Positions 57,430-64,000 of a stretch of 64,000 nt of DNA are shown here, piece by piece (within the stretch, counting starts at the first letter, position 1; each line of letters begins with the position of its first letter). The position numbers and the translations under genes are program-made. Origin of the DNA: a bacterium (GTDB lineage Bacteria > RBG-13-66-14); assembly GCA_035528375.1 (NCBI GenBank), contig DATKYS010000118.1, positions 7,824 through 71,823 of the forward strand. Direction: 5' to 3'. The notes beneath the pieces were generated by a model that ran no database searches, had not been told where the DNA came from, and saw nothing but the letters and a program-made list of their open reading frames with translations.

Positions 57430-58354
57430 CGGCCAGGGGCCGGCTCTCCAGGGTTTCCAGATTAACGATGCGGCTCATCCAGCGTGGATCGTCGTAAACC
57501 GTGATGAGAAGCCATTCCCCGTCGGGACTGGGCCGGGGGAAGAGGACCAGGCCCTCGATGCCGGCCACGCGCTCCGCGGTCGGCGAACCCTTGGATTCCG
57601 CCGGGTCGTCGAGGCGCCGGATGGAGCCGACGGGCACCTCCCCGACATACTCGAAGCTGTCGAAGTAGAGCGCGCCGTCGGGTGCGAACCAGGGCGAGCC
57701 CTCGTCGGACGGAGTGTCGTAAACCGCGAACAGCGACTCGGTGGCTATCTCGCAGCCCCAGAGGCCCCAGTCCATTTTGGCGCCGCCGGCGCCGTCCCGG
57801 TTGCTGGAAAAAACGACCACCGACCCGTCCGGCGAGAGTGTCGGGGATTGGTAGTCGGCCTCCCCCGGGGTCAGTTGCCGGAGACCTCCGTCGTCGAGAA
57901 TGAAAATCTGCCAGCGTCCGGTTACCGGCTCCAGGGCGTCGAAGACGACCCCATCGGCCCGGGGGGCCGCCGCCGAGGACAGTCCGGCGGGATAGGACGC
58001 CAGGTCGAACCGCCGCTCCGGCTCGCCGAAACGGTCCCCCGAGAAGGCGAGGGACCAGAGGGCGGGCTCACCAACGTCGGCCCCGGCCCAGGCCCAGAGC
58101 TCCCGGCCGTCCGGGGTGAAGACCAGCTGGTCCACCGGCCCGGTGAAGGGCAGCTCCACCGGATCGCCGAACCGGAGCCCCGTAGGTTGCACCTCGTCGC
58201 CCAGAACCGGCATGTAGAAGGCCCGGCTCGTATCGGCCTTCGGCGAGCCGTCCCGGAGGACGAAAGCCACGCCCATCGGCCGCCGCCCGATTTTGCAGGA
58301 CGCGACCATCAACAAACCGAGAATCAACAATATACGCAGAGCGGTTTTCACCAA
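57392..58354 (-). CDS. TolB-like beta-propeller lipoprotein (PD40 repeats)
   Basis: Lipobox LLMVASC. PD40-like repeats (YQSPTLSPDGSVVVFSSNRDG, SPWFAPDGALYF, RPSPDGEWLLI). Confidence 0.6.
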   Translation of the reverse strand: MVKTALRILLILGLLMVASCKIGRRPMGVAFVLRDGSPKADTSRAFYMPVLGDEVQPTGLRFGDPVELPFTGPVDQLVFTPDGRELWAWAGADVGEPALWSLAFSGDRFGEPERRFDLASYPAGLSSAAAPRADGVVFDALEPVTGRWQIFILDDGGLRQLTPGEADYQSPTLSPDGSVVVFSSNRDGAGGAKMDWGLWGCEIATESLFAVYDTPSDEGSPWFAPDGALYFDSFEYVGEVPVGSIRRLDDPAESKGSPTAERVAGIEGLVLFPRPSPDGEWLLITVYDDPRWMSRIVNLETLESRPLAGEDAEITYACWR

Positions 58355-58428
58355 AGCCCTCGCTTTCGGACCGCGAAACCGGAAAGGAATGGGGGCTTGA
58401 GCGCCTCGTCAACCCCTCACGCGCTCGT

Positions 58429-58896
58429 TCATTCGACCAGCGCAACCGCCCAAGCCGCGATGCCCTCGCCCCGACCGGTGCAGCCGAGCCCCTCGGTGGT
58501 GGTGGCCTTGATGGAGACCCCGGCCGCGTGAGGCCCGAGAATCCGCCCCAGCCTCTCGCGCATCGCCGGGACGTGGGGCGCCAGCTTCGGCCGCTCGCAG
58601 GCGACGACCGCGTCCACGTTGATTACCCGCAATCCCGACCCGGCGAGCATCCCCGCCACCTCGGCCAGAAGGGCGCAGGAATCGGCCCCGGCGTAGCGGG
58701 GATCGTCGTCGGGAAACTGTTGGCCGATGTCGGGCAGCCCCGCCGCCCCCAACAGGGCGTCCATCACCGCGTGGACCAGCACGTCGGCGTCGGAGTGCCC
58801 GGCGAGCCCCAGCTCGAAGGGAATCTCGATCCCGCCCAGGACCAGCCGCCGGTCGGGCGTCAGCCGGTGCACGTCGAACCCGATTCCGACCCTCAT
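58429..58896 (-). CDS. ispF: 2-C-methyl-D-erythritol 2,4-cyclodiphosphate synthase
   Basis: MRVGIGFDVHRL...GHSDADVLVHAVMDALLGAAGLPDIGQQFP canonical IspF. The upstream part of the ORF-track entry (58897..59967) is antisense to the deacetylase gene and not coding. Confidence 0.85.
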   Translation of the reverse strand: MRVGIGFDVHRLTPDRRLVLGGIEIPFELGLAGHSDADVLVHAVMDALLGAAGLPDIGQQFPDDDPRYAGADSCALLAEVAGMLAGSGLRVINVDAVVACERPKLAPHVPAMRERLGRILGPHAAGVSIKATTTEGLGCTGRGEGIAAWAVALVE

Positions 58897-59052
58897 GGGA
58901 GAAAACCGCCTAAGCCGTTGCACGGTGTGGATTTTAGGTTTATCCCGCCGGGGTGTCAACACGGTCGGCTCAAGAGGTCTCATCCGCGGCGGACCGGGAT
59001 TCACCGGACGGAACCGCCGGCGTGTGCTATACTTGCGGCGACGCACCGCGAT

Positions 59053-60183
59053 ATGCCAAGATACATCCTCATCGTTCTGACGGTTATCTCCTCGCTCGCC
59101 GCGGCCGGCGACCTCCGCCCGGACCTCTCGAGCCTGGACGACTACACCCGCCGGGTGGAGTTCGACCCGCTCGAGTCCGTGGCGCTCAAGCCCGACCTCA
59201 CCAGCCTCACCGATTACCGCGCCCCGGAGACATTCCGCATCGAGGCGAAGCTGCGCGGCGAGCCCTCGCCGGGTGAATCCGCCGCGGTGTGGGAGGAGAT
59301 AAGCCACGCCCAGGCGACCGGTGAATCTCTCCTGCGGCGCGAGCCCGTCGTCTGGGAAACCCTCGCCGACTACCACCCCTACGAGAAGGTGGGGCAGTGG
59401 CGTCTTCTGTACGACGTGGCCCGGGCGGACGAGTGGGCCGACCCTCGGCGCGAGCGCGGCGAGAGGCCTAAGGTCTCCATTTTGATGTACCACGACCTCC
59501 GCGACGTCTCCCGGTACTCCACCGTCATCACCCCCTGGCAGTTCGAGGAGGAGGTCCGCTGGCTGACGGAGTCGGGATACGAGTTCATCACCATCGGTCA
59601 GTTGCTGGACGCCGTCTATTCCGGAGGCGGAGACCTGCCGCCCCGCTGCGTGGCGCTGACCTTCGACGACGGCTGGAGCGGCGTTTACCGTTACGCCTAC
59701 CCGATTCTGAAGCGGTACGGCGCCACGGCCACCCTCTACCTCTACACCAACTACATCGGCGTCGGCGGCCGGTCCAACACCTGGGACCAGTACCGGGAGA
59801 TGCTGGCCAACGGCTTCGAGATCGGCAGCCACACGGTTTCCCACTGCGACCTGACCAACCGGGGCGCGTGGCGCGGCCGGGGCTCCAAGCCCCCGTCGGG
59901 ACATGGAACCTACACCCAACGGCTGATGCACGAGCTGGTGGACTCGAGGATGATCCTCGAGGAGCACCTGGGAGTGCCCGTCCGGAGCCTGGCCCTGCCC
60001 TATGGCGCCTACGACGACTACGTGCTCAAGAGCGCGCTCCTGGCCGGCTACGAGGGCATCCTTACCATCAAGGCCGGCAACACCTACGTGGACGCAGACA
60101 CGAACGAGATAGAGCTCCGGCGCTGGAACGTCGTTCCGTCCATGGGTCTGGCGACCTTCATCGAACGCCTGGACAGGGAATGA
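59053..60183 (+). CDS. secreted polysaccharide deacetylase (NodB homology domain, CE4)
   Basis: Signal peptide MPRYILIVLTVISSLAAAG. NodB motifs LTFDDGW, HTVSH, LPYGAYD. Confidence 0.75.
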   Translation: MPRYILIVLTVISSLAAAGDLRPDLSSLDDYTRRVEFDPLESVALKPDLTSLTDYRAPETFRIEAKLRGEPSPGESAAVWEEISHAQATGESLLRREPVVWETLADYHPYEKVGQWRLLYDVARADEWADPRRERGERPKVSILMYHDLRDVSRYSTVITPWQFEEEVRWLTESGYEFITIGQLLDAVYSGGGDLPPRCVALTFDDGWSGVYRYAYPILKRYGATATLYLYTNYIGVGGRSNTWDQYREMLANGFEIGSHTVSHCDLTNRGAWRGRGSKPPSGHGTYTQRLMHELVDSRMILEEHLGVPVRSLALPYGAYDDYVLKSALLAGYEGILTIKAGNTYVDADTNEIELRRWNVVPSMGLATFIERLDRE

Positions 60184-61517
60184 CGGCGCGACCCGACGCC
60201 CGATCGGCGGCTTGGGAGGCGCTCCGGGGCGTGGCCGCCGGGAAGGGGGACGCCGAGCCCCTGCTGCGCAAGCTGCTGGCCGGTACCGCGCTGCCGTCCG
60301 TGGAGAGGCGGCTGGCCTTCGAGCTGACCCTGGGAACCCTGCGCAAGCGGGGTTGTCTCGACTACGGGCTGGAACGGTATCTGACCCGGCCCCTGCGGGA
60401 GCTGCACCCCGACCTGCGCGAGCTCCTGCGCCTGGGGGCCTACCAGCTCCTTGAGCTGGACCGGGTCCCGGCCTACGCCGCCGTGGACCGGACGGTGGAG
60501 CTGGCCCGAAACTTCAGCACGACGCGGAAGGCCGCGGGGCTGGTCAACGCCGTCCTGCGGCGCCTGAGCGAGGGCCGCCCCGAACCGCCCGATCGCGAAG
60601 CGGACCCCGTCGGTCACCTGACCGTCACCGGCAGCCACCCCCGCTGGCTGGTGAAACGGTGGCTGGAACGGTACGGATTCGAGGAGACCGCGCGGCTCTG
60701 CGCCGTGGACAACGAGCCGCCCGACACCTTCGTTTTCCTCAACCCCTTCCGGACGGCCGGGGAGGTTTCTGGGGAAATAATCCCGGACGCCGAGGCGGTG
60801 CAGGGGTTCTCCGGTTGTTACCGACTCGCCCGCGGGGCGGACCTGACCTCGACCGGGGCGTACGCGGAAGGAAAGGTGTACGCCGCCGACCCGGCGACGG
60901 CGCTGGCGGCGACGGCGCTGGACCCCCGACCCGGCGAAATTATTTTAGACGCCTGCTCGGCCCCCGGGGGCAAACTTTTCCACCTGCACCGGTTGGCCGG
61001 CGGGGGCTTAAAAACCGTGGCGCTGGAGGTTTCACCCCGGCGGTGCGCCGTCCTGACCGAAAATATAAACCGGCTCGGCCTGCCCGCGGCGGTGGTCAAC
61101 GGAGACCTGTCCCTCCCGCCACTCGCCAAACACAGCTTCGATAAAATTCTTCTCGACGCACCCTGTTCGAACACCGGGGTGCTCCGGCGCCGGGTCGAAG
61201 CGCGGTGGCGGCGCAAGCCGGAGGATTTGAAGGGGTTGGCGCGCCTGCAACTCGACCTGCTTACCTCGGCCTCCCGTTTGGTAAAATCGGGGGGACTCGT
61301 GGCCTACTCCACCTGCTCCCTGGAACCCGAGGAGAACGAGGGGGTGGTGGGCAGGTTTTTGAGCGGACGGGGCGATTTTCAACGGGTGCCCGCCGCCCTC
61401 GGGCTGGACGACGACCTGCGGGGACGCTTCGGCGATTCCGAGGGCGACATCCGCGCCCTGCCGCACCTGACAGGAACCGACGGAGCCTTCGTGGCGCTCG
61501 TGCGGAGGGTGAGGTAG
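60180..61517 (+). CDS. rsmB: 16S rRNA (cytosine967-C5)-methyltransferase RsmB/Sun
   Basis: NusB-like N-terminus, SAM-binding DACSAPGGK, catalytic PCSNTGVLRRR and TCS motifs. ATG overlaps upstream stop (ATGA). Confidence 0.8.
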   Translation: MTARPDARSAAWEALRGVAAGKGDAEPLLRKLLAGTALPSVERRLAFELTLGTLRKRGCLDYGLERYLTRPLRELHPDLRELLRLGAYQLLELDRVPAYAAVDRTVELARNFSTTRKAAGLVNAVLRRLSEGRPEPPDREADPVGHLTVTGSHPRWLVKRWLERYGFEETARLCAVDNEPPDTFVFLNPFRTAGEVSGEIIPDAEAVQGFSGCYRLARGADLTSTGAYAEGKVYAADPATALAATALDPRPGEIILDACSAPGGKLFHLHRLAGGGLKTVALEVSPRRCAVLTENINRLGLPAAVVNGDLSLPPLAKHSFDKILLDAPCSNTGVLRRRVEARWRRKPEDLKGLARLQLDLLTSASRLVKSGGLVAYSTCSLEPEENEGVVGRFLSGRGDFQRVPAALGLDDDLRGRFGDSEGDIRALPHLTGTDGAFVALVRRVR

Positions 61518-61532
61518 CCTTTCCGGCGGCGG

Positions 61533-62498
61533 ATGGGGTATGATTGGAAGACTCGAAACAAACGGTGGCGGATGAACGACCAGAAAGACAGCGGTACCGG
61601 TTACGGTTCGCAACCCCAGGACCGGCCCAAGTTCGAGGGGTTCGGCTTCGGTGATCCGGCCCGGCAACCGACCCCCCGTTCCGAGAGGCCGAAATCCCCG
61701 AAACTCGCCCGCCTGGGGACCGTGCTGCTCTACATCGCCCTGGCCGTGGGCGCCCTCGTCGTCGGCATGCTTCTGGCCAATTTCATCATCATGCCGTTGT
61801 TGGTCGGTGGCGAGGAGGTCGAGGTCCCCGACCTGACGAACATGAGCTTCGAGGCGGCGACCGCCCTCTTGGTCGAGATGGGTCTCAACTACGAGAAGGT
61901 GGCCGAGGAGTACTCGGCGGACGTGCCGGCCGGTTACGTCGTCAGCCAGCGTCAGGAACCGGGGATGAACGTGCGTCCGGACCGGATCATCGAGCTCACC
62001 GTCTCCGCCGGTTCCGAGGATGTCCGCATTCCCAACGTGACCAAAATGAGCCAGCGCCAAGCCGAGGACGTCCTCCGCCGCGCCGGGCTGGTGGTGGGAA
62101 AGGTCCGCGAGAGCTACGACCCCAACGTCCCCGAGAGCTCGGTCATCGGCCAGAACCCCGAACCGGGGCGCGAGGTGCCGCGCGGAACCAGAATAGACCT
62201 CCTCGTCTCCCTGGGCTCCGAGGAAACCACCTTCAAGATGCCCAACCTGGTCGGCGCCGACTACCGCACCGCCGTCAGCCGTGTCTCCACCTGGGAATTG
62301 GTGATGGGGGACACCACCTTCGAGTTTTCCGCGAGTATCCCGCCGGGCCACATCATCCGCCAGCACCCCGAGGTCGGCGCGACGGTGGCCCGGGGCGACA
62401 CGGTCACGGTCGTAATAAGCAAGGGCCCGCCCACCGGCGGTGAGACGGTCCCGACGCCGGAGGGTGGCGGGGAAACGCCGCCGCCGGACACCTTCTAA
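61533..62498 (+). CDS. membrane protein with three extracellular PASTA domains and Pro/Gly/Thr-rich C-terminal tail (no kinase or transpeptidase domain)
   Basis: Single TM LGTVLLYIALAVGALVVGMLLANFII. Three ~65-aa repeats starting VPDLTNMSF..., IPNVTKMSQ..., MPNLVGADY... typical of PASTA. Confidence 0.65.
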   Translation: MGYDWKTRNKRWRMNDQKDSGTGYGSQPQDRPKFEGFGFGDPARQPTPRSERPKSPKLARLGTVLLYIALAVGALVVGMLLANFIIMPLLVGGEEVEVPDLTNMSFEAATALLVEMGLNYEKVAEEYSADVPAGYVVSQRQEPGMNVRPDRIIELTVSAGSEDVRIPNVTKMSQRQAEDVLRRAGLVVGKVRESYDPNVPESSVIGQNPEPGREVPRGTRIDLLVSLGSEETTFKMPNLVGADYRTAVSRVSTWELVMGDTTFEFSASIPPGHIIRQHPEVGATVARGDTVTVVISKGPPTGGETVPTPEGGGETPPPDTF

Positions 62499-62559
62499 GG
62501 AAGGAGACAAGGGGTTTAACCGAGCGAAGCGAGCTATGCCCCTGGCAAAACCCCTTGCC
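62499..62559. repeat. palindromic element copy C: GGAAGGAGACAAGGGGTTTAACC - 25-nt insert - AAAACCCCTTGCC, immediately upstream of rpe start
   Basis: Shares GGAGACAAGGGGTTTAA and AACCCCTTG(C/T)C with copies at 2231-2288 and 26787-26817. Confidence 0.75.
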
Positions 62560-62563
62560 TGAG

Positions 62564-63208
62564 ATGGCCGTAAAAATCGTTCCCAGCATCCTCTCGGCCG
62601 ACCAGGCCGACCTGGGCGCCGTCGTCCGCCGGCTCCTGGCCGCCGGGTTGGAGACAATCCACCTCGACGTCATGGACGGCAACTTCGTGCCGCCCATAAC
62701 CTTCGGCGCCAAGCTCCTGGCCGATTTGAAGGGCGCGGTGGGGGGCGTTTACGACGCGCACCTCATGGTCGCCCGCCCCGGGGAGCAGCTCGAGCTCTTC
62801 GCCGAGGCGGGGGCGGACTGGATAACGGTGCACCAGGAGGCCGCGCCCCACGTACACCGACTCCTCGACCGCATCAAAGCCCTCGGCAAAAAGGCCGGCG
62901 TCTCCATCAACCCCGGCACCCCGGTCGTCCAGCTCGAACCGCTCCTGGAATCGGCCGACCTCTTCCTGATCATGACGGTCAACCCCGGCTGGGGGGGGCA
63001 GGGGATGATAGAGTCCTGCCTGGACAAGGTCCGCTGGCTGAAGGAGCGCGTGGATACGCCGGTGATTGTGGACGGGGGGGTCAACGAGCGGACGATGGCG
63101 AAGGTGGCCGCCAGCGGCGCGGACCTGGCCGTGGTCGGAAGCGCCCTCTTCAAGGGCGACCTGGGCGAAATCCTGTCCCGCCTACGGGCGGAGGGCGCGG
63201 CCTCCTGA
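62564..63208 (+). CDS. rpe: ribulose-phosphate 3-epimerase
   Basis: IVPSILSADQADLGAVVRRL...IHLDVMDGNFVPPITFG...PGWGGQG canonical Rpe. ATG 62564 preferred over upstream TTG. Confidence 0.85.
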   Translation: MAVKIVPSILSADQADLGAVVRRLLAAGLETIHLDVMDGNFVPPITFGAKLLADLKGAVGGVYDAHLMVARPGEQLELFAEAGADWITVHQEAAPHVHRLLDRIKALGKKAGVSINPGTPVVQLEPLLESADLFLIMTVNPGWGGQGMIESCLDKVRWLKERVDTPVIVDGGVNERTMAKVAASGADLAVVGSALFKGDLGEILSRLRAEGAAS

Positions 63209-63241
63209 ACCACGGCGACCACAGGTTTTTTGAGTAATCCC

Positions 63242-63267
63242 CGGGGCTGACGCGTCAGCCCCTTTCC
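63242..63267 (+). terminator. rho-independent terminator (GGGGCUGACG-CGUCAGCCCC then UUUCC)
   Basis: Perfect 10-bp palindrome between rpe and ffh. Confidence 0.55.
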
Positions 63268-63278
63268 GAGCCGACGCC

Positions 63279-64000
63279 ATGTTCGACCGCATAACCGACC
63301 GACTCTCCGCCGTCTTCAAGAAGCTCACCGGGCGGGGGAAGCTCACCGAACCGAATGTCGCCGACGCCCTGCGGGAGGTGCGCGTCGCCCTCCTGGAGGC
63401 CGACGTGAACCTCGCCGTGGTGAAGGAATTCCTGGAGGATGTGCGGGAGGGTGCGCTGGGCGGGGCCGTGCTGGGCTCGCTGACGCCGGGGCAGCAGTTC
63501 GTCGGCGTGGTGCAGCGGGAACTGACCACCCTCTTGGGGAAAAATTCCGGCGAGTTCAACCTCCCGCTGCCGGCCACGGTGATGCTGGTGGGCCTGCAGG
63601 GGTCGGGGAAGACGACCACGGCGGCCAAGCTGGCCCGCTGGTACACTAGGCACGGCAACCGGCGCTCGCTCCTGGCGGCCTGCGACGTCCAGCGACCCGC
63701 GGCCCGGGAGCAGTTGGAGGTACTGGCCGAGCGCGTCGGCGCCGAGGCGTTCCCCGGGAAAGATTTCACCGAGGACGCCATGGGCACGGCGCTGGCCGCC
63801 ATGCGCCAGGCCGACCGGCGTAACCTGGACCTGACGGTGGTGGACACGGCGGGCCGGCTGCAGATTGACGAGCCACTGATGGCCGAGCTGGCGGAGATGA
63901 AGGGGAAGCTCCGGCCCCAGGCGGTTTTCCTGGTCGTGGACGCCGCGTCGGGCCAGGAGGCGCTCAACGTCGCCAACGTCTTCCACGGGCGCCTGGGGCT
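63279..64000 (+). CDS. ffh: signal recognition particle protein Ffh (5' part; continues beyond window)
   Basis: MFDRITDRLSAVFKKLTGRGKLTE N-domain and GTPase Walker A LVGLQGSGKTTTAAKLA. Confidence 0.85.
   Translation, partial: MFDRITDRLSAVFKKLTGRGKLTEPNVADALREVRVALLEADVNLAVVKEFLEDVREGALGGAVLGSLTPGQQFVGVVQRELTTLLGKNSGEFNLPLPATVMLVGLQGSGKTTTAAKLARWYTRHGNRRSLLAACDVQRPAAREQLEVLAERVGAEAFPGKDFTEDAMGTALAAMRQADRRNLDLTVVDTAGRLQIDEPLMAELAEMKGKLRPQAVFLVVDAASGQEALNVANVFHGRLG

Noticed and set aside
58897-59967. N-terminal 357 aa of the 512-aa minus-strand ORF containing ispF
   Set aside because: Only the last 155 aa match IspF. The upstream part is antisense to the well-supported polysaccharide deacetylase gene on the + strand.

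Overview
This is a high-GC (~68-70%) bacterial chromosomal window that is densely coding. It has no recognisable transposase or integrase and no CRISPR array.

The first ~12 kb is a surface-glycan / nonulosonic-acid-type biosynthesis operon, all on the + strand: a NeuB-like synthase 3' end, a SAM methyltransferase, a NeuC-like hydrolysing UDP-GlcNAc 2-epimerase, a CBS-DegT aminotransferase fusion, a Wzx-like flippase, a capsule/teichoic-type transferase-like protein, three GT4 glycosyltransferases and a Wzy/O-antigen-ligase-like polymerase.

The rest is mostly housekeeping: ispE, spoVG, tRNA-Gln, htrA, purB, purC, dus, recG, priA, prs, nagZ, hup, rnhA, apbE, rlmB, ispF, rsmB, rpe and the 5' part of ffh.

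Interspersed are secreted and envelope proteins:
- two protease-class proteins (clostripain/C11-like and HExxH zinc protease) carrying a shared T9SS/FlgD-Ig-like C-terminal sorting domain;
- three paralogous secreted proteins of unknown function, two of them in tandem;
- a prepilin-type protein, a PASTA-repeat membrane protein, a TolB-like lipoprotein and a polysaccharide deacetylase.

The most unusual items are:
- a minus-strand module (48810..49292 anti-sigma-type Ser kinase, then 46579..48624 STAS-GAF-HD-GYP protein, then 46099..46548 CobA-like protein with a degenerate P-loop) that looks like a partner-switching system controlling c-di-GMP hydrolysis;
- a recurring GGAGACAAGGGGTTTAAACCCCTTGYC palindromic element, found three times immediately upstream of gene starts;
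- a TPR secretory protein translationally coupled to a PflX/AmrS-like radical SAM enzyme;
- in-frame 12-bp tandem repeats inside spoVG and inside the anti-sigma kinase gene;
- an array of three GGGGCCC hairpin repeats downstream of hup.

Several convergent gene pairs are separated by clear bidirectional rho-independent terminators.

All functional calls are from motif and family-level recognition by eye. No database search was run.
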